A stretch of DNA of 64,000 bases from the NCBI RefSeq assembly GCF_009914755.1, contig NC_060936.1; one strand, given 5' to 3'. A model generated the notes under the pieces. It was not told where the DNA came from. It ran no database searches and was given only the letters and a program-made list of their open reading frames with translations. The position numbers and the translations under genes are program-made. Shown one piece after another: positions 26,882-40,588 of the stretch (the stretch's first letter is position 1; every line of letters begins with the position of its first letter). Origin of the DNA: the human T2T-CHM13v2.0 reference genome, Homo sapiens.

Positions 26882-27309
26882 ATATGCCAAGGTAAATTTC
26901 TGGACTATTTTTTAAGACTGAAGAGAAGAGATCTTAGCTTTTCTGGACAACCCTGAACTTGACTTATCTAATGAAACTGTCAGAAATGGTAGCAAGGCTC
27001 CATAATATAGGTCACTGCCAAGTGACAAGTGAATAGGCTCTTTGAACATATTTCATCACTGCCACCCATCCACTGCTTTTTCATTTCTTTTCCGAAGAAA
27101 CCCTCATCCCCACTTCCCATTTTAAAGAAAAGAATCTGATAAAGCATTCAGAAAGGTCAGAATCCCGTCTACCAAAAGTATGTTTAATTCTACAAAAGGG
27201 CATCTTCACAAATATCAAAAAAGAGGCAAATATTTTCTGTTAGAGATTCAAGAGTCTTGAAGCAATTAAAGTCAATTCTTTTTTCTTTCAAAACTATAAG
27301 TTTGAAAAT

Positions 27310-28200
27310 GAGACACAAAAACATGGAAGTCATTTTAGACATCACCCCCTTTTCAGCCATTATATTGTCAATTACTAAACTTATAGTGTCAATGTTAGTT
27401 CCTAAAATATTTCCCAAATCTGTCTACCTTTCTCTATGTCCACTCTGTGACTCTAGTCCAAGCAACCATTATAAAATGATGATATAACAATATAGACCCC
27501 TAATTGGCCTTCTTGCTTTCCATGTTGATCTTGCTTTATCCATTCTCTATTTTACAGAATGATCTTTCGATAACACTGATCATTTCAGGATACGCTTAAT
27601 GTCTTTCCATATATTGAACACCCAAATTATTTGTAGGTCTTATCTGGTTATGCATCATCTCAACATTAGCACCTTCACTTTATGCCTTTTGTTTTCTAAA
27701 TTCCAGTCATACAGACTTTTATACAATGTTGTTTCTGCCTATCAGCTGCTCTTGCCAACACCCTCTGTTCTTACTTGGTTAATTTCTCATCATCCTTTTG
27801 GTCTTGACTTAAAATGTTACCTCCTTTGAAAAGCCTTTCCTCATTGCTGTTTTCTTTCAAAGTACACATGCCTTGCTCCTTTCTTTCAAAATGTACCTTT
27901 CAAAGTGCACACGTGCACGCACACACACAAACACACACACACACACACACACACTCTTGGTTGTATTTCCCACTGGGTATTCTTTAGCATGTCATAATTC
28001 TCCTTTAAAGATATATTGGAATTAAATCTAATTATGTGCATACTAAGTTGTATGTTGGATGTCTCTACCTTTACAGTATAAGCCACCTGAGGGCCGCGAC
28101 TCCTTTTATTTTGTTTATTTCTCTATCCCCAGTATCTAGCACAGTACCTTGCAGACACTAGATGCTAAATATAAATGGAATTAATCATCAATCAATATAT
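27310..28200 (+). mobile_element. L2 with an internal (CA)n at ~27908-27953
   Basis: AAACATGGAAGTCATTTTAGAC..CTATCCCCAGTATCTAGCACAGTACC. Confidence 0.7.
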
Positions 28201-29044
28201 CATTATTTCTATGCCTCACAGGATGTGTTTTCCCACTTTTTTTTTAACTAGATGCTTAGATGAAATTCATCTCTCTTTCTCAAAGAGCTTTTCCTGCATC
28301 TGAATCAGACATCTAGTATGCACCTGTGGCTTCTTCTCAGTTTCCATCTAAAAGAAAAAAAAGGAAGAGTTCTTGCCTTTGATTATCAATCACATTTCAT
28401 TTACTCACAGATGTTGAACTTTGAATGTTGTTCTTATTTCCCTGTCTATGACATCTTCCTGTTTATTCAGTCTTAAAATCAAGACATTCAGAAATTTTCT
28501 TCCCATTAGCTCGGGTAGAGTTGGATTAAAAACTTTTGAGTTTAGCTTTCATACAAATGTAATTCATAAAACAAACCATTACTAACTATAAAGCAATGAA
28601 CTGTGTTGGACTTAAAATAGCATCTTCCTAGATGTTCTAGTTGCAAAAATATAGACAAAATTTCTCCATCCTGTTTCTCTCTCCTTCTCTTTGGTAGTTA
28701 AATAGGAAGTACATAAGACACAATTTGTTTGTTTAGTTGGATAATACAGCACTGGATGTAGCCCTGAAAATATGCCATACCCATTACCCAAACTTCCCTC
28801 CCAAGGACTTTTTCTACCTGACTTATATGGAATCCAATCACACGCCATGCTGACACAGAATTTTTCAAGGTTTTGAGGTTTATCTAGCGCTTTAGTTTTT
28901 ATTTTATGTAAACACAATTCACTAAACACCACTGCCACTTTTTTTTAATGCCTGATAACCTTTTGATAAGTGATATAACTGACCCATTTTCCAGCTGTAA
29001 AAACACTGGATCCAGGTGACTGACAGAAATTACTCACCAGCCAA

Positions 29045-29355
29045 GGCCAGGCGCGGTGGCTCGTGCCTGTAATCCCAGCACTTTGGGAGACCGAGGCGGG
29101 CGGATCACGAGGTCAGGAGATCGAGACCATCCTGGCGAACACGGTGAAACCCCGTCTCTACTAAAAATACAAAAAAATTAGCCAGGCGTGGTGGCGGGCA
29201 CCTGTAATCCCAGCTACTCGAGAGGCTGAGGCATGAGAATGGCATGAACCCCGGGGGCGGAGCTTGCAGTGAGCAGAGATCGCGACACTGCACTCCAGCC
29301 TGGGTGACAGAGCGAGACTCTGTATCCAAAAAAAAAGAAAAGAAAAAAGAAAGAA
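29045..29355 (+). mobile_element. AluY
   Basis: Y diagnostics GGATCACGAGGTCAGGAGATCGAGACCATCC, GAATGGC, GGAGCTTGCAG; many CpGs retained. Confidence 0.96.
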
Positions 29356-29419
29356 GTTACCAGCCACAACATAGCAATAACTGGATGTGAGCATCTATAC
29401 TGATTCTCCTAATTTTGTA

Positions 29420-29970
29420 GTTTGTTGCTGTGCTTAATTGCCTGGGAGTGCGTTTGTTATTCATGGTGGACCCCTCTTACCACACCTAATAGTTGATGCT
29501 AACAAGGTGACTCATGGCGTGCTCCTCTTGCCACATGGTATCAGCTAGACCTCTTCAATACCGGCAGAATGTGGCTGGAGACTGAGTTCAATCATGTGGG
29601 CAACCAGTCAATCAATTAAGCTTATATAATGAAGCCCCAACAAAAACTCTGGACACCAAAGCTAGGGTGAGGTTCCCAGGTTGGCAATTCTCTTTGCATA
29701 TTGTCATATATCTATGCTGAGAGGATAGAACATCTTGAGAAATCAGGAGCTTCATCTTTAGAAACCTCCTATACTCTGGCTTATACACGTTTTATTTTCA
29801 CTGGTTCTAATTTATATCCTTTCCCTGTAGTAAACCATAACTGTGAAATAACAGCTTTTTGTGAGCTCTGTAAGTCCTTCTAGTGAATTATCCAGCCTGA
29901 GGGTGGTTTTAAAACCCCTCCAACACAAACTTGCAGTTGTTATTAGAAGTGAGGGCAGTCTTGGGAACTT
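29420..29970 (+). mobile_element. MER21 (MER21C-like) LTR fragment
   Basis: GGCTGGAGACTGAGTTCAATCATGTGG..AATGAAGCCCCAACAAAAACTCTGGACACCAAAGCT..TTCTAGTGAATTATC. Confidence 0.75.
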
Positions 29971-30639
29971 TTCCACTTTTCCATTTTTCTAACTCCAGGT
30001 ATCATCTAAAATCAAAGTAAAACAGAAAACACGAACCTACACAAATAGTATAAATATGAGAAAGCCTGTATTAAGATTCACACACCAAAGAATGAAAAAC
30101 TTTGATACTGCAAATTAGTAAGTGTAATAGCCACAGGATGCCCCACAAATAATTCCATACTATGTAGCCTTTTTCAATATACTATTTAAGTTGGCAATGT
30201 GTTAATTTGTTTCACTTGTCATTGATACTTGTTAAACACAATCCACTAATGCTGACAGCTTAGAACCAAATATTTATTGCCTGGACGCTTGAAGAAAACA
30301 TTTTCTTATCTATTAGCATCTTCACCCCAGTACCTTTCTTACATCCATTACCTATTTCTTAACAATGTTCTTTACCTTACTATGGATATCACGCTTTCTT
30401 AGTCACATACTTATCTTTCTTCCTGGAATAATTGTCTTTCCCACTCTTTGTCAAATAGCTACTCATCTTTAAGTTTAAATTAACTTAAGTTTCACTTGTT
30501 ATATGCTCTACTTTTCCTCCATTAGGTTTCTTATAATTTGTAGTTATATTTGTATAAATGCAAATATATTTACTCACATATTTTAATATAATTGACTATA
30601 AGCTTTGGTCTGTTTTGTTTACAAATATAATAATAATTA

Positions 30640-31777
30640 TTAACAAACTTTATTTTCAGAGCAATTTTAGTTTCACAGCAAAATTAAGTGGAAGATACAG
30701 AGATTTCTCATATACCCCCCGCCCTCCACCAACACATGCATAGCATCCCCCATTGTCAACATCCCTCACCAGAGAAGTACATTTGTCACAATCCAAGAAC
30801 CTACACTGACACACCCACAGAGGCTGTAGTTCATGTTAGGGCTCGTTCTTGGTGTTCTGCATTCTATGGGTTTGGACAAAGGTATGATGACATATATCTA
30901 CCACTGTAGTATCACAGAGAGTAGCTTCACTGCCCTAAAGATCCTGTTTGCTCTGCATATTCTTCCCTCCCCACTAACCTCTGGCAACCACTTATCTTTT
31001 ACTGTCTACATAGCTTTGCATTTTCCAGAATGTCATATAGTTAGAACCACACAGTATGTAACCTTATTAGATTGGATTCTTTCACTTAGCAATATACATT
31101 GAAGTTATTGCCATGTCTTTTCATAGTTTGATAGCTATTTTTTTAGCAGTAAATTATAGTCCATTGTCTGGATGTACCGCAGTTGATTTATCCACTTACC
31201 CACTGATGGACATCTTGGTTGCTCCCAAGTTTTGACAATTATAAATGAAGCCAGCATAAACATTACTATGCAGGTTTTTGTGTGGACATAAGTTTTCAAT
31301 TCATTTGGGTAAATACTAAGGAGTATTGTTGGATTTCATGATAATAAGAGTATGTTTAGTTTTGAAAGAAACTGCTGAACTGTCTTCCAAAGTAGGTATA
31401 CCATTTTGCTTTCCCACCAGCAGTAAATGAGAGTTTCTATTGCTCTCCATCTTTACCAGCATTTGGTGGTGTCAGTGTTTTGGATTTTGAGCATTAATAG
31501 GTGTGTAGTGGTATAGCATTGTTTTAATTTGCAATTTGCTAATGACATATGATGTTGAACATCTTTTCATATGTTTGCTTTCCATCTGTATATCTTCTTG
31601 GGTGAGATATCTGTTCAGGTATTTTGCCCATTTTTAAAATCAGGTAGTTTGTTTCCTTATTACTGAATTTTAAGAGTTCTTCATAATTTCATAATTTTTG
31701 GATGATATTCCTTTATCAGACGTGTCTTTTGCAAATATTTTCCCTCTGTCTGTGGCTTGTCTTCCCATTCTCTTGAT
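30640..31777 (-). mobile_element. L1MC1-like 3' end
   Basis: GAGCAATTTTAGTTTCACAGCAAAATT..GTACATTTGTCACAATC..TTTTGTGTGGACATAAGTTTTC. Confidence 0.88.
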
Positions 31778-34700
31778 TTCCATTATAGCTTAATGTCTTT
31801 TATGTGATAATATGGGTGATAAGAGATGCTATTTTTAAAAAAAGCAACTTACTTGTCTTAACTGTGATCTTTGCAAATTGGTTTTAGGTATGTGAGATAT
31901 TTGATTGGCAGAAGATAAAGGAATAACAAATTAGGAAGCTTAGTATTTGATTAGCCCCAAAGGTGAACAGATGGAGGGTAGGGAACAAGAAGAAAACGTC
32001 TGCAGAAGATGATGAGGAAAAAGATTTGGAGATACAAACATTCTTTTGTGGTAAGATGACCAGAAATCCAATAGTAGGGTGAATTTGACCGAGACAGAGA
32101 GAGGATGTCTAACGAGCTTCTAGGCAACAGATTCATGATAAAGCAATAAACAGCTCAATGCAATGCAATTGCTGGTGGAATTTATCCATTTAGATCCAGA
32201 CTCTGTGGGTGGATTGAACATCATTCTTTCCCAGGGCCTGGAGCTTCTGAGAAGAGCCTGACTTGGGCACAAATCCAGCCAAAACTATGAAAAAATACTT
32301 CTGTTAAGCCAGAACAAATTAAATTCTGTGACACAATACGTGCACTTATCCTTTACCACCTGTTGATAATTTGTGCCCCAAGATTAATCATGCAAAAGAC
32401 ACTTGAAAAAAAAAAAAAAAAACTCACTCAGTCCTTCTTTCAGTTTCCTGATGTCACCAAGCTCATTACCATCCAAGAAACTTGCATATGCTCTTCCTTG
32501 TGATCTGAAAGATCTCCCCTGCTCTGTCTTCTAAATTCCTGTGATTTGATGTACTCCTTTTAAAAGGCTTTCTCCATTTCACCCAATTTAAATCCGTATA
32601 CTGATGGCTTTATAAAATAAATTCCTAATTAGACATTTATATAAATTGTTCTTATATAAATTCATAATAATTTATGTTTTTTTGTGTTTATATTTGTTGA
32701 ACAACCTACCTCCTCTACAAGAATATTAAGGTTAGAAATGTAAGATTAGAGTTTGTCTATTTTGTTATAACTGTTTCTCTCTTAGTACATTGACCAGTAC
32801 GGTGATTAATAAATACCGATTGAACAAATGAATGCCAGTTTATGAATATGCACTGGGCTAATAATCCCATATGGAAGAGGAATAGGAAATTGGTAAAGGC
32901 TGTGAGCACAAAGTCTCAAACTTATATGGAAAATTCCTACTAAATTGAAACATAGTCAAGCATGGGTACCTTTCTGCTGTGGGTGCCTTGATGGTTTTAT
33001 TATAACTTATCTATGCACTTTTTTTTTTAACTTAACAATATCTTTCAGGGCTGCAGACACTAGGTTCACCTTAATTGGTCTGGTTGTAAATTAGTAAGTG
33101 CATTAGGTCATTTTTATAATGTACTATCCGAAAGAAGACAGTCTATCTGGTGAAAATAAATTTAATTAATCCCACTAAACAAAATCAGATGATCTCAAAA
33201 ATAATCATATTTTGAAAGAGGCTTCGTTTATACTGAATACATAAATTGCCCTATAAATATCCACTAATTTTCAAAAAAGAATAAAAAGAAAAAACATGAG
33301 TACATATTAAGTTAGATGATTTTTTAATCATGTTTTTTAAAAGAAATAACTGAAGATGTGGAATAAACTTGATCCTTTTTTTTCTTAAATAACCATATAC
33401 CAAAAATCTGCTTTGAGCACCCTATTGTCATAAGACCCACATTAATTTCTACTAACATTGATGAACAGCCAATAGTGGGTGGGACTAATGGAGCCCTACC
33501 TTCTGTAATTAGGGATGCCATCTAACTTTGTTACCGCTTTAGATTAGTTCTTAACTGAAATTGCTTATATGTGACTGTTATCGTTAATGAGAAAGGATAT
33601 TAAATATGGATTATGGCTTTCATAGTCTAGCTAGCTGGGCATCTTGGACTTAATTCTCCCCATCTGTGACCCTTTACAATACATTAAGCACACCTTTTCA
33701 GCAGCAGCCCTATTACAGTTAATCATGCTGAGGAAGAGATTGCACTAAACGTATTATCAAGACACCGACATTAACCAAATGCTAGTCAGATGGGTTAGGG
33801 AACAAAGAGCTAAATCTGGGCTCTCGTTTTCAGTGGACTTTGAGCTTTTAAATCAATGGTATCTGAGTCTTTCCATCCATGAATATGGGGATTTCTGGCC
33901 TCTCAGATGACACTGACATGTGGCCACAGGTTTTGTTACTAAAACTACAATATTCAACTCATTTGCTTGTTTAGCAAATTAGATGCAAATTTTGCATTTA
34001 TTTCTCTGTAATATGTATATTATTTTAGTAAAAAGCAATATGTAGTAAGTACATGGAGTTCCAAGAAAGAACATAAGGGTTTTAGATTCTTCAGGAAAAA
34101 AAAAAAAAGTCAAATAGTAAGTATAATGATACTCTTAACAACATATGGACTGTGCTGTAGTGGCATTTTTTATTTTTGGAAACTTCATTGCCTCATGTAA
34201 ACATTATATAGGCGATACAGCCTTATGGTAAGAAAAATGTAAATGTTGATGGGATGTATTAAATGTCTGGAGGAGAATATGCTGCTGAGAGCCTTGAAAC
34301 ATGGAGAGGAAACATGGAACTGGTTCCTGCATCTATCAAAGATGTTTGTTAAGTTGAATTGTTCTTGCTTGCCTTTTATAAAGGAAAGCGGCTAAAGGTC
34401 TGAAGGGTGGGCCTGACAGATGGGCTTGCCTTACATCAGAGAGAGCCTGAGATCCAGAAATAAGCTTTTTAACAAAGAACAAATATTCCTACAGTTCTGT
34501 GTGGGTCATAGGCCAGAGTGTAAAGAGGAAGTTGATTAAAGGACACTGCAGATCTGGTCTTATTTAGGACGAAAATAGTACTGAAAAAATGCTGAGCTGT
34601 CCACATGTGACTGAGGGCTTCATCAGTTCCTTACTCTTCATTAGAAAATGGTGCATGATCTACTCTATAGAGTAATTTTAGCTCCTCTCAGGGAATCAAT

Positions 34701-34799
34701 TTAAAAATACATTTCAATTTTGCTTTGTGTATTAAAAGCCTTAATATTTGTACAACCTCTCACTTGAAAATTCTACTCCCAGAAATTTTTATGTTTTTA

Positions 34800-35040
34800 A
34801 TCATGAATTATTAACCTATATATATATACGCACTCACCATGAGCCAGCCATAGTCTACACATTTTGCATGCATCTAAAGCCTCAATTAATCCACACAGTT
34901 ACCCTGTAAGATAGTTACAATTACATTTCACACAGGAGGACACTGAGATCCAAGATGTTTAAGTAGCTTCCCTAATGTCATACAGCTTTTGGCACACATG
35001 GCAGTAAATCCATAGGGTCTGGATAGGGTCTGGTTCTTGA
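34800..35040 (-). mobile_element. MIR
   Basis: CATTTCACACAGGAGGACACTGAG..TAAGTAGCTTCCCTAATGTCATACAG. Confidence 0.7.
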
Positions 35041-35049
35041 CGACTGTAC

Positions 35050-35343
<294 letters not shown>

Positions 35344-37200
35344 GAGGACTGTGCTCTTTAACACTAGGGAATATATCTTCTCACAGGAATGGGAATATCA
35401 GGTAACTAATATTGTGAAACCATCTAGATGCAATAATTGGGGATTTGTTAAGAAAGTTAGGGTGTATCTACATAATGGATGACATAAAATATTATTTTAT
35501 GAAAAAGAAAACAATCATGTTATATTGATTAACCAGAAGAGTTGCCTTAGCCATGGAGCATGGATGCTGAGGACCAGAATCCCCAACTGACCAGCAAAGG
35601 ATATGTAACACAAACAAGAATTAGACCTGTGCTGCTTTAAGCTATTGAGATTGTGGGCTGCTTGTTATTGCAGCATAATATCACCCATCCTAATTAATAC
35701 AATTAATGCTCTAAATACAAGGACAGAGTCTGAAGAAACAAGCAAAGCATAGTGGTGATGATGAATTCTAATCACACAGAGGATTACACTAGGACAGAAT
35801 AAGGCACAGAAGGACTTCAATTCATTTATCATGACCTCTGAAATGAGACACATACATTTTTAAACACCACCTTTTAACTGTTGCCAATACTTAAGCCTCA
35901 ATCCCCTTGTCTCAAAATGTGAATAATTTGCTGTGAAAATCAGATAAAACAAAAAACTTCAGGCACTTAGCACAGAGCCTAGCACACAATCATAACTCAA
36001 ACCGCAGTAGCTTTCATCCATCATTCGTGGGATGTCCATCTTAGCAACATAACAGAGACACAGGTTGGAGCTAGAGCTGCCATAAGAAGGGATCAAATTT
36101 CTATTGTCGGACAAGGACTCATTTGTCTTTATCTTTTAGCCACTTTTAGAGTCTAGGCAGAAGTGGGACGTTGTGGGAGGGCTTGCTCCATACCCCATTT
36201 GTTATTTCCGATAAAATGATTATAACCTTTCATATGATCCACATTTCACAAGTAAGGAAGCCAAAGTTTCTTAGACAAAGTCAAAAGCCAGTAATCCACA
36301 ACTATCAATTTCTTTTTTAAAAAATACAACATGGTGGAACATTTTTATTTGATGTCCGATCTCATCAGCTCAGAGGGAGAGTCATGATAACCTGCCTGAG
36401 AGGCTGGGACCCCTAAGAACTCACTGAAAAATCATGAGAAACATCTCTAGTCCACAGAGCTCCACCAGGGTGGCCACAGTTGTTTTTGGCCATGAGGAAA
36501 GAGAACATGTTGAAGAATAGCCTATCTTTATTTGACTGAATACTCCTACTGTTTGTGTGACATAAGAAAAGATTAAGTTTGCTCTGAGCAATGGGAAATT
36601 CTTAGATTCTTGTTGACTTCACTGCTCCATATGACTTGAAACAAACAGAACACCCTATACTAATCATAACAGACTCAGGAAGCCTGAGGAGGGGTGAATA
36701 TTTTATATTTATATAACAAAAAACAAAGCAGTGGCAAATGGAAACCTACGTTAATAATAAGATAAAATGAATGTCATAATATTAGAATATACCACCTTCT
36801 ACTAAGTTTAACAAGTGTCACGTGACTTCGAAGAGAAGATAGTAAGGAACAAAATGCTGTTGACAAATTCTGCTATATTACCATCATGCTTCATGAAAGC
36901 TGCTTTATAGAGTTTTCATTTTTTGCTGAATATTAATGAGACAAATATTTTTGGAATAGATTTGCTCCAGAAATATTGGGATAGATTCCTTAGATATCTA
37001 GGAGAAGAAATAAGAGATCAATATCAATTCATTCCCATCTACTAAAAAACATGTTTTCTTACTTCTCAAGGGGTCCTCTTAACAACTGTTTTGAACTTAG
37101 TAGCTTGAGCCTCTTTAAAACAGAATGAACTCTGCTACTGAGAATTTAAGATTATATCCCTACCTTGTTTATTTATAAAGCAGATCCCAGACAGTCATAG

Positions 37201-38992
37201 TGAGAGGTGACAGCATGCTGGCAGTCGTCGCAGCCCTCGCTCGCTCTTGGCGCCTCCTCGGCCTGGGCGCCCACTCTGGCCGCGCCTGAGGAGCCCTTCA
37301 GCCCGCCGCTGCACTGTGGGAGCCTCTTCCTGGGATGGCCGAGGCAGGAGCCAGCTCCCTCAGCCTGAGGGGAAGTGCGGAGGGAGAGGCACGGGCAGGA
37401 ACCGGGGCTGCGCGTAGCCCTTGCGGGCCAGCTAGAGTTCCGGGTTGGCGTGGGTTTGGCGGGCCCCGCCTCCCTGGGCAATGAGGAGCTTAGCACCCGG
37501 ACCAGCAGGGTTTAGCAACCGGGCCAGCAGCTGAGGAGGGTGCGCTGGGTCCCCCAGCAGTGCCAGCCTACCGGCGCTGCGCTCGATTTCTCGCGGGGCC
37601 TTAGGTGCCTCCCCGCGGGGCAGGGCTCCGGACCTGCAGCCCGCCATGCCTGAGCCTCTTCTCCCCTACCCCCACCCCGCCGTGGGCGCCTGCGCGCCAG
37701 AGCCTCCCCAGGATCGCCGCCCCCTGCTCCAGGGCGACTGGTCCCATCGACCGCCCAAGGGCTGAGGAGTGCAGGGGCACAGCGCAGGACTGGCGGCAGC
37801 TCCATCTGCCGCCCCAGGTGCGGGATCCACTGGGTGAAGCTATCTGGGCTCCTGAGTCTAATGGGGACTTGGAGAACGTTTATGTCTAGCTAAGGGATTG
37901 TAAATACACCAATCAGCACTCTGCATCTAGCTCAAGGTTTGTAAACACACCAGTCAGCACCCTGTGTCTAGCTCAGGGTTTGTGGATGCCCCAATCCGCA
38001 CTCTGTATCTAGCTAATCTAGTGGGGACTTGGGGAATCTTTATGTCTAGCTAAGGGGTTGTGAATACACCAATCCGCACTCTGTATCTAGCTCAAGGTTT
38101 GTAAATGCACCAATCAGCACTCTGTGTCTAGCTCAGGGTTTGTAAATACACTAATCAGCACTCTGTATCTAGCTAATCTAGTGGGGACATGGAGAACTTT
38201 TGTGTCTAGCTCAGGGATTGTAAACGCACCAATCAGCACCCTGTCAAAACGGACCAATCATTTCTCTGTAAAATAGACCAATTGGCTCTGTAAAATGGAC
38301 CAATCAGCAGGATGTGGGTGGGGCCAGATAACAGAATAAAAGCAGGCGGCCAGAGCCAGCAGTGCCAACCAGCTGGGGTCCCCTTCTGCCATGTAGAGGC
38401 TTTGTTCTTTCAGTCTTTGCAATAAATCTTTCTGCTGCTTGCTCTTTGGGTTCACACTGCCTTTCTGAGCTGTAAGGCAGTGAAGGTCTCATCACGAAAG
38501 TCTACAATTTCACTCCTGAAGTCATGGAGACCACGAACCTACAGGGAGGAACGAACAACTCCAGACAGGCCGCCTTAAGAGCTATAATTCTCACCGCGAA
38601 GGTCTGCAGCTTCACTCCTGAGACAGTGAGACCACAAACCCACTGGGAGGAACCAACAACTCCAGACGGGCCACCTTAAAAGCTGTAACACTCACTGCGA
38701 AGGTCCGCAGCTTCACTCCTGAGCCAGTGAGACAACGAACCCACCGGGAGGAACGAACAACTCCAGACGGGCCACCTTAAAAGCTGTAACACTCACCGCC
38801 AAGGTCCGCAGCTTCACTCCTGAGCCAGCGAGACCACGAACCAACCAGAAGGAAGAAACTCCGAACACATCCAAACATCAGAAGGAACAAACTCCAGACA
38901 CGCCGCCTTTAAGAATTGTAACACTTACTGCGAGGGTCCGCGGCTTCATTCTTGAAGTCAGTAAGATCAAGTACCCACCAATTCCGGACACA
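37201..38992 (+). mobile_element. Solo LTR12C (HERV9/ERV9 LTR), full length
   Basis: TGAGAGGTGACAGC start and CCAATTCCGGACACA end; 4-bp TSD ATAG; CpG-rich 5' U3, ~40-bp CCAAT enhancer repeats, ~101-bp U5 repeats. Confidence 0.97.
37880..38430 (+). promoter_or_regulatory. LTR12C enhancer/promoter: tandem CCAAT (NF-Y) repeats, GT box, GATA site, TATA-like AATAAAA, polyA signal
   Basis: Repeated CACCAATCAGCAC; CCAAT 38300; GTGGGTGGGG; AGATAA 38326; AATAAAA 38335; AATAAA 38421. This is the known ERV9 LTR architecture. Confidence 0.8.
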
Positions 38993-39102
38993 ATAGTACG
39001 TTTTTTTAAAAGTTTATATACAAAGAAATAAAATTATTTGTAAAAAAATAAAAACTTAGATATTAAAGTTATTGTGAAAGATGACACGTTACTTGTTATT
39101 GT

Positions 39103-39340
39103 GTATTTTTACACTAAAATTGAATTTAATTTTTATTTCTAATTTCTATATTACTGCAGATCTAGCGCTTATTTACTACAGAAAACAGACATTTGAATTC
39201 AAACGTGCTTTCTGAATTTAAGTATTTTTACACTAAAATTGAATTTAATTTTTATTTCTAATTCCGATATTACTACAGATCTAGCGCTTATTTACTACAG
39301 AAAACAGACATTTGAATTCAAACGTGCTTTCTGAATTTAA
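39103..39340. repeat. 119-bp tandem duplication
   Basis: Copies start at 39103 and 39222; 3 mismatches seen. Confidence 0.95.
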
Positions 39341-40171
39341 GTGTGTTTATGAGCAGCACATTTAGAGTCTCATTGGCATATTTAAAAGTATAGATTCTTT
39401 CCATCTAGAATTTAAAATAATTCAATATTTTTCTATGTCCCGAAAATTCCAAACTTTACTCCTTAAAACCCTTGAAATCCAAAAAATTACAAGTTGCTGA
39501 AAAAGGGGTGTCTTAAAATATTATAGTGTTGCCTAATTCTTATTTTTATCTCTTTTATGCTATGGGGTAGATTTTCTCCTATGAATTTGATCCTTAAGTT
39601 AATCAACCTACTATATACATACATATGCACACACATATATACTTACAATGTAGACATATTGTATGTATCACCTAGCTGTAATTATTCTATTTCAATAATA
39701 TTTTTTAGGAAGCAGAACAAAAAGCTAATCATTACTCCCAGGTATTACTTGTTTCTGCATGCCACTGTTTTCTAATCTTTGAGAGTGCCTCAAATTTAAG
39801 TATATCATTCTGTCCAGTTTCTGTTTGCAATATTAACAAGAATTCTTTCTCTTTCTACTTAATGTATATATTTTAAAAAAAAAAATCCATGCAGATTTTG
39901 GTTAAAATGCCATTTTAGCAATGGAAGTCCTTCCTTTATTTTACTCATATCGTTCTAAAAAGGTTAGCAAAGTAATTACTTAAAAGAACTTGCAAACTTT
40001 AAGCTTTCTTAAAACTTAAAGCAAACTTTAATTTTGAGTTCACGGATTATATTGTGAACCACTTATTTAAATAAAAGTGTTTATATTTTTCCTAATAGAG
40101 TATCGCTTCTGACACTGAAAATGTTAATAATTGGTACACAGCTTTTAAAGCTTATTTGAAACAAAACACAC

Positions 40172-40588
40172 TGATATAGTTTGCATGTGTGTGCCTGCCC
40201 ACATCTTATGTCAAAATGTAATCCCTGATGTTGGAGGTGTGGCCTGGTGGGAGGTGATTGGCTCATGGAGGTGGTTTCTCATGAATGGTTTAGCACCATC
40301 CTCTTGGGTGCCCTCCTCTCAATAGTGAGTTCTCGAGAGACTTGTTATTTAAAAGTGTGTGGCACTTCCCCTCTCTCTCTCTTGCTCCTGCTCTGGCCAT
40401 GTGATGTGACTGTTGCCCCTTCGCCTTCCACCATGATTGTGTCTTGAGGCATCCCCAGAAGCTAAGCTGATGCCAGCATCGTGTTTTCTGTGCAGCCTGT
40501 AGAACGATGAGCCAATTAAACCTCTTTTCTTCATAAATTACCCAGTCTCAGGTATTTCTTTACAGCAATTTGATAATAGACTAATAGA
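40172..40588 (+). mobile_element. MST (MSTB-like) MaLR solo LTR
   Basis: TGATATAGTTTG..GGTTTCTCATGAATGGTTTAGCACCATCC..AATTACCCAGTCTCAGGTATTTC. Confidence 0.92.

Noticed and set aside
37173-37889. Cluster of GC-rich overlapping ORFs and a CpG-island-like region
   Set aside because: Almost entirely within LTR12C U3; the ORFs arise from stop-poor GC-rich sequence.
37880-38300. Regularly spaced ~40-bp repeats resembling a CRISPR array
   Set aside because: These are ERV9 LTR enhancer repeats with no unique spacers, in primate DNA with no cas genes.
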